Of a DNA stretch of 64,000 nucleotides, positions 12,101 through 22,619 are shown piece by piece. The DNA is from Macrostomum lignano (lineage: Eukaryota), in NCBI GenBank assembly GCA_002269645.1, contig NIVC01000441.1:124001-188000 (forward strand), written 5' to 3'. The first letter of the stretch is position 1, and each line of letters begins with the position of its first letter. Below the pieces are notes generated by a model that was not told where the DNA came from, did no database searches, and saw only the letters and a program-made list of their open reading frames with translations. The position numbers and the translations under genes were made by a program.

Positions 12101-14870
12101 GAGCCAGCAGACTGTCGGACAGCTGTCGGACCTCGGCCACGTCGGCCGGGCAGCGGTAGATGCCGTAGGCGGCGGCTCCGCAGGCCTCCACGCTGGCGTA
12201 CAGGCAGCCGAGGGTGCGGCCGGCGCCCAGCTGCCTGTAGAATTCATCTGCCGTGCGCGGCGACAGCGGCTCGCCGATGACCAGGACGGTCTCTAGCGAG
12301 GCCAGCTGGGCGCGGGCAGCCGGCCGGTTGGCCGTGTGGCTGAGCAGATCCGTCAGGAAGCTGGGGCTGGCCACCAGCCTGGTGGCGTAGCTGCATTTCG
12401 ATGGCGGGCAAACAGATGATGGCAGAATGAACGGCGATGTCACTCTTAGGTAACAGTCAATGACGTCAATGGTCTGACGTTCCCCATCAACTGTCATTCA
12501 TTCCCCATCAACTGTCATTAATTCCCCATTAACTGTCATTAATTCCCCATGAACTGTCATTAATTCCCCATGAACTGTCATTAATTCCCCATCAACTGTC
12601 ATTAATTCCCCATCAACTGTCATTAATTCCCCATCAACTGTCATTAATTCCCCATCAACTGTCATTAATTCCCCATCAACTGTCATTCATTCCCCATCAA
12701 CTGTCATTCATTCCCCATCAACTTTAATTAATTCCCCATCAACTGTCATTAATTCCCCATCAACTGTCATTAATTCCCCATCAGCTTTCATTCATTCCCC
12801 ATCAACTGTTATTCATTCCCCATCAACTTTCATTCATTCCCCATCAACTGTCATTCAATAACTGTAAAATATTGTTTTAAACTATCTGTAGTTTCTCATG
12901 GGCTTTTATAATTCCACATTAGCCAACTGTAATTCCCCCATTAGCTAACTGTAATTCTCCATCAACAGTCAACCACACCGGCCCGCAGGCCTTGCCAAAG
13001 ACTCACTGAGCCCTGACCAGCTTCAGCCAGGCGTCCCAGCGGCCGCAGCCTGGGCACATCAGCAGCGGGATGCCGTTCAGCAGGGCGCTTAGCGCGTGCA
13101 CCCGCCAGTAGGCGCTGTCACAGGAGTCGCCAATCCACAGCACCTCGTGGCACTGCCAGGGCAGGGTGTCCCGCAGCCAGTTGGCCGCAGCCAGCAGCTG
13201 GCCCTGGGTCAGGCTGACCAACCGGCCGCCCATGGATTCAACCACAATGGCCACCGCGCAGCAGGCCGAGTCCGCGTCGGCCACCACCACCGGCCGCTCC
13301 TCGTCCTGCAGGTCGCGGTCGGACAGGCCCAGAGCTTCGCCGGCCTCGGCCAGATCCTCGAACTGGAGCGCCAGGGCCAGCGCGGGCGCCAGGCTGCGAA
13401 GCTCGGGCAGGCGAGCCGCTGCACAGGCCGCTGCCACCAGGGCCACCGGCTTCGCCGCCTTCAACGCTGCCTGCAGGCCGACCAGCATTCGGGCAAAGTC
13501 GCCGTCCTCCGGCTGCTCCAGGCCCAGTAGCGGCAGGCCGAGCTTCAGCGCCGCCAGCTCCAGCGCCAGGCGGTCCGGCCCGCATGGCATGACGACGCAG
13601 AGGGCCGCGCCGCCGCCGCCGCCGCCGCCGCAAACGTCGATGCCGTGCGAGCGCAGGGTGCGCAACAGGCAGCGCGCCAAAAAGTTGGCCCGCTGGCTGA
13701 GCTCACCGAAGGTGACGCAGGAGCCGGCGGCGGCGGCGGGCGGGCACCACCAGAGAGCCGGGTCCTTGGCAGTCGGTGTCAGGTTGTTATTAAAGTGCAC
13801 AAGGTCCTCCAGGATGCGGCTGATTGGGCCGTCGCGGCGTCCGACGCCCGGCTTGCGGGGCCCGCGCAGCACCGAGACGGGTTCGGCGCCCTGCTGCTGC
13901 TGACGGCGAGCTGCTTGGGGGTGAGATTTGGTTGCTTGGGAAGTCAGTCTGCTAGCTCGCTGATTCCCATATTGACTCATTCAGTAGGACGCTTCACCTC
14001 AATCTTGACACCCAGCATGAGATTCCCTCCTGACCACCCTCAGTATCCAGCATGAGACTTCCTCCTGACCAACCTCAGTATCCAGCATGAGACTCCCTCC
14101 TGACCACCCTCAGTATCCAGCATGAGACTTCCTCCTGACCAACCTCAGTATCCAGCATGAGACTCCCTCCTGACCACCCTCAGTATCTAATATGAGATTC
14201 CCTCCTGACCACCCTCAGTATCCAGCATGAGACTCCCTACTGACCGCCCTCAGAATCCAGCATGAGACTCCCTACTGACCGCCCTCAGTATCCAGCATGA
14301 GACTCCCTACTGACCGCCCTCAGTATCCAGCATGAGATTCCCTCCTGACCACCCTCAGTATCCAGAATGAGATTCCCTCCTGACCAACCTCAGTATCCAG
14401 CATGAGACTCCCTCCTGACCACCCTCAGTATCCAGCATGAGACTTCCTCCTGACCAACCTCAGTATCCAGCATGAGACTCCCTCCTGACCACCCTCAGTA
14501 TCTAATATGAGATTCCCTCCTGACCACCCTCAGTATCCAGCATGAGATTCCCTCCTGACCACCCTCAGTATCCAGCATGAGACTCCCTACTGACCGCCCT
14601 CAGTATCCAGCATGAGACTCCCTACTGACCACCCTCAGTATCCAGCATGAGACTCCCTACTGACCGCCCTCAGTATCCAGCATGAGATTCCCTCCTGACC
14701 GCCCTCAGTATCCAGCATGAGATTCCCTCCTGACCCTCAATACCCAGCATCCCTGCTGGAGATAGCATCCTGCATCAAAGTGGCTCACCGTCAGACCTGT
14801 TGAGCATCTCGCCCAGTCCGGCAAACGCCAATCGAAACTTGTCCTCCAACCGGTTTAATCCAGTTGACAT
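9135..14870 (-). CDS. Ebony-like single-module NRPS homologue (degenerate adenylation domain, thiolation remnant, AANAT-fold C-terminal domain), ~900 aa
   Basis: Five phase-consistent exons: 14870-14789, 13913-13007 (or 13910, NAGNAG), 12390-11738, 11266-10521, 9449-9135; 2703 nt. Collinear with Ebony as recalled: VSVLRGP, VTFGELSQRANFLAR (A1), CDS (A4), TRLVASPSFL, IGEPLS, YASVE (A5), GQLGEI (A6), LRTGDLG (A7), YGRSD (A8), and C-terminal EHLLLHCAQ...VTQ|TLCQELGY similar to Ebony EHEVLRVAR...LTQQL...Y. Confidence 0.8.
9480..10400 (+). repeat. G-rich compound minisatellite (GGAGTTTCGGGTTGGG / GGAATTTTGAGTTAGGG) filling pseudo-NRPS intron 4
   Basis: Alternating 16-bp and ~19-bp subunits with dense GGG runs. 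Confidence 0.95.
11375..11640 (+). repeat. 21-bp minisatellite GCCAAACTGAGGTCACAGAGC (pseudo-NRPS intron 3)
   Basis: About 12 units. Confidence 0.95.
12480..12860 (+). repeat. 21-bp minisatellite TTCCCCATCAACTGTCATTAA (pseudo-NRPS intron 2)
   Basis: About 18 units. Confidence 0.95.
14015..14740 (+). repeat. 35-bp minisatellite CCAGCATGAGATTCCCTCCTGACCACCCTCAGTAT (pseudo-NRPS intron 1)
   Basis: About 21 units. Confidence 0.95.
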
Positions 14871-15584
14871 TCGAATGATTTAATGATTTGAGAAATCGGT
14901 TTTAAAGCCTCGGGGCTAACTGCAGAGCCGTGTGAGTGTCGCAGCGAAATTAATAGCCAGTGGGACGGGACCGAGGAGGCAGCGGAGCCCCCCGAGACAG
15001 CAGTAATTACGAGTACGAGGCCTAGACAGGCGACACGAGGGGCCTCAAACAGCGCTCGAAGTCTGACTGCACTGAATAATAACAGACTGGCGCATGGCTC
15101 AAGCGGCTTTTTATTATTAACAAAATACTGCTCAGAAGACTAACTGTATAAGAACTTCAAAGTACGTCGAGGCCTCCCTTATAAACCCCTCACCCCATTC
15201 GCCCACGTCTATAGCTACAGTCAGTCAGCCAGTCTTGCAACACAGTTCCTACTCAGAGCTGGCCAAATAAGGGAAATCAGCTCTCTGCTCTACTCAGGCC
15301 AGAGCACACGTGCACAAACATGCACCCAGACATGCACACTAGTTTTGCTTAGTGCTCATTTTTCTCCAGGCCAGAGCCAGCGCACACACCACTGTATTGG
15401 TGATATATCGATTAATTTGTCCCTTCTGGATTAGACGAAACTTTTCTGCACTACTTTACGTATATTGCCAGTTAGTCATAGCAGCATAAATGATTATGCG
15501 TTGGGCAAGAGAGCCAAGTGGAGTACAGGATAAGAAATGCAATACTGCTAGTTTCACAAGTTGTGCAACGGATAAGAGAGAGGG

Positions 15585-17700
15585 GAAACGGAGAGAGGAA
15601 CAGGGTAGAGGGAAGACTGGAAGAGAAGAGAGGAAAAAAGAAGAGATGGGAGGGGAGAGGGAAAAGGGAGGGGAAGAGAGGGAAAAGGAAGAGATGGGAG
15701 GGGAGAGGGAACAGGGAGGGGAAGAGAGGGGAAAGGAAGAGAGGGAAGGGAAGAGGGAAGAGGGAAGAGGGAGAATTGAAGCAGAGGGGAGGGGGAGAGA
15801 GGAGAGATATGAGAGGGAAAGGGAGAGGGGAGATATGAGAGGGAAAGGGAGAGGGGAGATATGAGAGGGAAAGGGAGAGGAGAGATATGAGAGGGGAAGA
15901 GAGGGGAGATATGAGAGGGAAAGGGAGAGGGGAGATATGAGAGGGAAAGGGAGAGGGGAGATATGAGAGGGAAAGGGAGAGGGGAGATATGAGAGGGAAA
16001 GGGAGAGGGGAGATATGAGAGGGAAAGGGAGAGGGGAGATATGAGAGGGAAAGGGAGAGGGAAGATATGAGAGGGAAAGGGAGAGGGGAGATATGAGAGG
16101 GAAAGGGAGAGGAGAGATATGAGAGGGGAAGAGAGGGGAGATATGAGAGGGGAAGAGAGGAGAGATATGAGAGGGAAAGGGAGAGGGAAGATATGAGAGG
16201 GAAAGGGAGAGGGGAGATATGAGAGGGAAAGGGAGAGGGGAGATATGAGAGGGAAAGGGAGAGGGGAGATATGAGAGGGAAAGGGAGAGGGGAGATATGA
16301 GAGGGAAAGGGAGAGGGGAGATATGAGAGGGAAAGGGAGAGGGGAGATATGAGAGGGAAAGGGAGAGGGGAGATATGAGAGGGAAAGGGAGAGGGGAGAT
16401 ATGAGAGGGAAAGGGAGAGGGGAGATATGAGAGGGAAAGGGAGAGGGGAGATATGAGAGGGAAAGGGAGAGGGAAGATATGAGAGGGAAAGGGAGAGGGG
16501 AGATATGATAGGGAAAGGGAGAGGAGAGATATGAGAGGGGAAGAGAGGGGAGATATGAGAGGGGAAGAGAGGAGAGATATGAGAGGGGAAGAGAGGGAGA
16601 GATATGAGAGGGGAAGGGAGAGGGGAGATATGAGAGGGAAAGGGAGAGGGGAGATATGAGAGGGGAAGAGAGGGGAGATATGAGAGGGGAAGGGAGAGGG
16701 GAGATATGAGAGGGGAAGAGAGCGGAGATATGAGAGGGGAAGAGAGGGGAGATATGAGAGGGGAAGAGAGGGGAGATATGAGAGGGGAAGAGAGGGGAGA
16801 TATGAGAGGGGAAGGGAGGGGAGATATGAGAGGGGAAGGGAGAGGGGAGATATGAGAGGGGAAGAGAGGGGAGATATGAGAGGGGAAGAGAGGGGAGATA
16901 TGAGAGGGGAAGGGAGAGGGGAGATATGAGAGGGGAAGAGAGGGGAGATATGAGAGGGGAAGAGAGGGGAGATATGAGAGGGGAAGAGAGGGGAGATATG
17001 AGAGGGGAAGAGGGGAGATATGAGAGGGGAAGGGAGAGGGGAGATATGAGAGGGGAAGGGAGAGGGGAGATATGAGAGGGGAAGGGAGAGGGGAGACATG
17101 AGAGGGGAAGAGAGGGGAGACATGAGAGGGGAAGAGAGGGGAGATATGAGAGGGGAAGAGAGGGGAGATATGAGAGGGGAAGAGAGGGGAGATATGAGAG
17201 GGGAAGGGAGAGGGGAGATATGAGAGGGGAAGGGAGAGGGGAGACATGAGAGGGGAAGAGAGGGGAGACATGAGAGGGGAAGAGAGGGGAGATATGAGAG
17301 GGGAAGAGAGGGGAGATATGAGAGGGGAAGAGAGGGGAGATATGAGAGGGGAAGAGAGGGGAGATATGAGAGGGGAAGGGAGAGGGGAGATATGAGAGGG
17401 GAAGGGAGAGGGGAGACATGAGAGGGGAAGAGAGGGGAGACATGAGAGGGGAAGAGAGGGGAGATATGAGAGGGGAAGGGAGAGGGGAGATATGAGAGGG
17501 GAAGAGAGGGGAGATATGAGAGGGGAAGGGAGAGGGGAGATATGAGAGGGGAAGAGAGGGGAGATATGAGAGGGGAAGGGAGAGGGGAGATATGAGAGGG
17601 GAAGAGAGGGGAGAGATATGAGAGGGGAAGGGAGAGGGGAGATATGAGAGGGGAAGAGAGGGGAGATATGAGAGGGGAAGGGAGAGGGGAGATGGTAAGG
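15585..17700 (+). repeat. Purine-rich 24/26-bp minisatellite GAGATATGAGAGGGGAAGAGAGGG
   Basis: 2.1-kb nearly pure G/A strand; source of the spurious 600-770-aa PLSS ORFs. Confidence 0.97.
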
Positions 17701-18784
17701 GAAGAAAGCAGGGAGAGGCGAGAGAAAGTGGCCGATATGCAGCGCAAGAAACTAATTCCATAAAAAACCACAAATTTGATTTTTGTTGTTGTTAAAAAGC
17801 AATCACTGACAATGGCATTTGATTTTTTATTTATTTCTTATTTTCTGATCGTGATGACGCATAAAGTGAAGAATTTTGGAACAGCCGGGTACGTGGTCAT
17901 AACAAAAATAATAGATAAGCAATGTTAATAAACAAATTCTAATAAATTTGGATCGAACAGAAGTCTGAGCATTTAGACACGAGCAAACGGGCAAAGATTA
18001 GGGAAAGACAATACAGAGAAAAGTACAACGCAAGCAATAATTAAATCGGAGCCCAAATCGGAAAGAGATTTGTTGGGACTGTCTGTCTGAATAAGGCAGA
18101 TTAATGACAAAATTAATGCATACTCACTATTCAGTAGGCTAAACCACAGAACAGAATAAACAAACACTTTTTCGCTAAGAATGGCTCACTAACTATTTAA
18201 TACTTTTTATAACTTACTACTGAAACAAGTAGCATTGACATTGAATAAAATCAGCGCCAGAAGACAACACAGCGGGGCTGGCAAGCAATTTGAAACAGCC
18301 GGAGGGCCATAGTTTTATACTACTTAGTATCAGTAGCTTACAAAAAATGTTTTTAATATAGTTTTCTCTGGTGCTTCAATTATGGAGCTAGCTGTACGTA
18401 TGTGGGCGTCCGTGCGGTTGCGGACGATTTTAATAATGTAACACTCACACTTTAATAAATTCAATTCCAAGCAGGTGAACAAAGTGTGGCTACAGATTAA
18501 ACACAGTTAATCCAGTTAATCTTCACATCTGGCAAACTAAAGACTAGACTTACAGGGATTAAGTGTAATAAAAGAAAAAATATGAGACGCAGTTAAAATT
18601 ATGATTTCTAAGCAGAAAACAGCATCATGAACTCGATGCGCTTTGATTATTCTGGAATAATTCTGGACACACTACAGTAAATCAAATCTTTAATGAGTCA
18701 TTCTTCTGCATGCATGTAGCATCTAGATAGAACGGCTACTGTAACTGGATACCTGAAAGGTTGGTACCTACGCAGATCTATACA

Positions 18785-19272
18785 TGCGTATGCGTGGATA
18801 TCCGTACATGGGTATGCGTGGATATCCGTACATGGGTATGCGTGGACATCCGTACATGGGTATGCGTAGATATCCGTAGATGGGTATGCGTGGATATCCG
18901 TAGATGGGTACACGCGGATATCCGTAGATGGGTATGCGTGGATATCCGTAGATGGGTATGCGTAGATATCCGTAGATGGGTACACGTGGATATCCGTAGA
19001 TGGGTATGCGTGGATATCCGTAGATGGGTATGCGTGGACATCCGTAGATGGGTACACGTGGATATCCGTAGATGGGTACACGTGGATATCCGTAGATGGG
19101 TATGCGTGGATATCCGTAGATGGGTATGCGTGGATATCCGTACATGGGTATGCGTGGATATCCGTAGATGGGTATGCGTGGATATCCGTAGATGGGTATG
19201 CGTGGATATCCGTAGATGGGTATGCGTGGATATCCGTAGATGGGTATGCGTGGATATCCGTAGATGGGTACC
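18785..19272 (+). repeat. 24-bp minisatellite GTGGATATCCGTAGATGGGTATGC just 3' of the nuclear receptor stop codon
   Basis: About 20 units. Confidence 0.95.
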
Positions 19273-19337
19273 TGTGTAGTGGGCATCTGTATCTGGATAA
19301 CTATAAATAGGTATCAGCGGACAGGAACAGACAAATT

Positions 19338-22300
19338 CTACGGAATCGAATTGATCCCAAGCTGACCGCCGCAGCCAGATGACGAAGCCTCAGTAACAAC
19401 TTGTACATCCTGATTGGCCTGATTTGGCTGGGCAGTATCGGACAGATCTGAGGACACGTGCGGCACATTGCCTAACGAGAAGGTGAGCATCTCGGTTACT
19501 AAGGGTGGCGGAGTGTATGGCGTACGCTGCAGCACTCTCAACCAGTAGCCAACCGTGAGAACTCGGACAGCCTCTAGCAGGCCGTCCAGCGATAGCAGAC
19601 GGGCCCGGCGGGTGGCGCTGGGACAAACGGAACGGAACTCGGCAATGTAGCGCTCCTGTAGCCTATCAATGGCTGGCCGATCCTCCCAGCTATAAGACGG
19701 CGGCGCCTCCAACAAAAAGACAACCTTCAATAGTAGGAACTCAGCCTCGGTGAGGCCTAGGCGAGTCAGCAAATTGGCAAAGCAGCGCAGCAGGCGGCCG
19801 CTTCTAACGGGAATCCGGCCGGCGAACAGGGAGGGCGCATCGTCGCGAATCCAGAAATTGCGGCACAGCTTCAGGTGGCCGTCGTAGGGCGTGGATTGAT
19901 AGACGATCTGGATTGAGGAATGCAGGCGCTAGGCTTTTTGCTTTTTGCTTATAATGCTCACTCTGTTCCATTCTTAATCTTGCTCAGTGCTCACTCTGTT
20001 CCATTCTGAATCTTGCTCAGTGCTCACTCTGTTCCATTCTTAATCTTGCTCAGTGCTCACTCTGTTCCATTCTTAATCTTGCTCAGTGCTCACTCTGTTT
20101 CATTCTTAATCTTGCTCAGTGCTCACTCTGTTCCACTCTTAATCTTGCTCAGTGCTCACTCTGTTCTATTCTTAATCTTGCTCAGTGCTCACTCTGTTCC
20201 ACTCTTAATCTTGCTCAGTGCTCACTCTGTTCTATTCTTAATCTTGCTCAGTGCTCACTCTGTTCCACTCTTAATCTTGCTCAGTGCTCACTCTGTTCCA
20301 TTCTTAATCTTGCTCAGTGCTCACTCTGTTCCATTCTTAATCTTGCTCAGTGCTCACTCTGTTCCATTCTTAATCTTGCTCAGTGCTCACTCTGTTCCAT
20401 TCTTAATCTTGCTCAGTGCTCACTCTGTTCCACTCTTAATCTTGCTCAGTGCTCACTCTGTTCTATTCTTAATCTTGCTCAGTGCTCACTCTGTTCCATT
20501 CTTAATCTTGCTCAGTGCTCACTCTGTTCCATTCTTAATCTTGCTCAGTGCTCACTCTGTTCCATTCTTAATCTTGCTCAGTGCTCACTCTGTTCCACTC
20601 TTAATCTTGCTCAGTGCTCACTCTGTTCTATTCTTAATCTTGCTCAGTGCTCACTCTGTTCCATTCTTAATCTTGCTCAGTGCTCACTCTGTTCCATTCT
20701 TAATCTTGCTCAGTGCTCACTCTGTTCCACTCTTAATCTTGCTCAGTGCTCACTCTGTTCTATTCTTAATCTTGCTCAGTGCTCAGTCTGTTCTATTCTT
20801 AATCTTGCTCAGTGCTCACTCTGTTCCACTCTTAATCTTGCTCAGTGCTCACTCTGTTCTATTCTTAATCTTGCTCAGTGCTCACTCTGTTCCATTCTTA
20901 ATGTTGCTCAGTGGTCACTCTGTTCCATTCTTAATCTTGCTCAGTGCTCACTCTGTTCCATTCTGAATCTTGCTCAGTGCTCACTCTGTTCCATTCTTAA
21001 TCTTGCTCAGTGCTCACTCTGTTCCACTCTTAATCCTGCTCAGTGCTCACTCTGTTCCATTCTTAATCTTGCTCAGTGCTCACTCTGTTCCACTCTTAAT
21101 CTTGCTCAGTGCTCACTCTGTTCCATTCTTAATCTTGCTCAGTGCTCACTCTGTTCCATTCTTTATCTTGCTCAAATCGTGATTCTCGAGACTCAAACTT
21201 GCTCAAGTGTCATTCTAACAGATTCCTAATTTACAGCAGTCCGCAAAGTACTAATCCCCTCCCACGCAGCCAAGGTCTCACCTGCCAAGCGACCAGGTTA
21301 AGCCAGCGCAGCTGCAGCATCTGTACCCGATCTGGCATCGGCAGGGCAGCGAATCCGGTCAAATGCTTGGCAAAAGCCACCAGATCGTTGGCGTGCTTGT
21401 TGAAGCAGATGCCCAACAGCAAGGCGTGCCGCTCTGATTGGCTGGCTACGCCGGCTAGGCTGGAGTCCGACATGTCGATGTCGCTCACCAGCTCGTCGAT
21501 GCAGGTGCAGCGCAGCTGCTGAACAATTTCTCTGCCTAGGCCGGCTTCAGCGGCGGCAGCCAGCGCGGCAGCCGCCTCCGACTCCTTGGCGGCCGACTCG
21601 GCTATCAGCTGCTGGATGTACGCTGGCGGCTGGCGGGAAGCCATTGAAAACGCCGCGTTGCTGGCACTTGAGTTCGCGCCGTTGGAGGCTGCGTTGTCGG
21701 CTGGCGCGGTGATCACTGACGATGGCAGCAAAGGCGGCAGCTGGTTGGTTGACTCGGCGTCTCTCTGGCTGCCGACAACCGGCTGCTGGACGGGCGATGC
21801 AGAGCGGACAAGACGGATCTGCCAATGTTGATTTGGAGTGCCGCATTTGAAATTCTAATACACCGATTTTGAAGTTCTAATACACCGATTTTGAAGTTCT
21901 AATACACCGCTTTTGAAATCCTAATACACCGATTTTGAAATCCTAATACACCGATTTTGAAATCCTAATACACCGATTTTGAAATCCTAATACACCGATT
22001 TTGAAATCCTAATACACCGATTTTGAAATCCTAATACACCGATTTTGAAATCCTAATACACCGATTTTGAAATCCTAATACACCGATTTTGAAATCCTAA
22101 TACACCGATTTTGAAATCCTAATACACCGATTTTGAAATCCTAATACACCGATTTTGAAATCATAATACACCACTAACGAAATCCTAATTCTCGTACACT
22201 ATACGAGAAGTACACTATTGAGAAATATGCCAATAACAGACTCGAACCTGCATAGAAGCCTCGAGACAGCGCTTCCACCGGCAGGCAGGGCACTGCCGCT

Positions 22301-22619
22301 TGTTGCGCACGCGCACCGGGCAGCGGGAGCCGGAGCGCTGCACCGGGCAGAAGTAGGTCAGACAGGAGTTCACAGTGCGCTTAAAGAACGCTTTGCAAGC
22401 TTCGCAGGTCAGCGCGCCATAGTGATGCCCAGATGCGCGCCTATGGCACACTCGGCACTGCTGCTGTTGCTGTTGTTGCTTCTTCTTTCTCTGTTGCTGC
22501 TTTCGATGCTTTTTAACGCTGTTGTTTTTATTATTGATGACGCCGTTGCTAGGGCCGTTGCTATGGCCATTGCCAGAGTGGGCTATGCCGGCTGGTGGCG
22601 TCTGCTCCTCAGTATGCAT
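19338..22619 (-). CDS. ERR: Nuclear receptor, ERR/NR3B-like (C4 zinc-finger DBD plus ligand-binding domain), ~492 aa
   Basis: Exons 22619-22248, 21818-21282, 19907-19338, all phase 0. The DBD is CRVC...HYGALTCEACKAFFKRT...C..C...CPACRWKRC, with the EACKA P-box typical of ERR. LBD signature LVAFAKHLTGFAALPMPDRVQMLQLRW, then IVYQSTPYDGHL (ERR IVYRSLPYDDKL) and an AF-2-like LVTEML. Confidence 0.85.
19955..21175 (+). repeat. 33-bp minisatellite CTCAGTGCTCACTCTGTTCCATTCTTAATCTTG (nuclear receptor intron 2)
   Basis: About 37 units; source of the SAHSVPFLILL ORFs. Confidence 0.97.
21853..22172 (+). repeat. 22-bp minisatellite TTTTGAAATCCTAATACACCGA (nuclear receptor intron 1)
   Basis: About 14 near-identical units. 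Confidence 0.97.

Noticed and set aside
10593-13903. Long antisense and alternate-frame ORFs over the NRPS exons (e.g. 10593-11291, 13166-13903)
   Set aside because: Shadow ORFs expected in very GC-rich coding DNA; no recognisable motifs.
11688-13980. Bacterial contamination or recent horizontal transfer of an NRPS
   Set aside because: Four GT-AG introns with host-style minisatellites, host-like low-complexity insertions, and collinearity with animal Ebony.
15456-17773. 599-771-aa ORFs (PLSSPLIS...)
   Set aside because: Translations of a GA-rich minisatellite that lacks stop codons; open in all three minus frames.
20013-21182. SAHSVPFLILL repeat ORFs resembling a membrane protein
   Set aside because: 33-bp minisatellite inside nuclear receptor intron 2, on the opposite strand.
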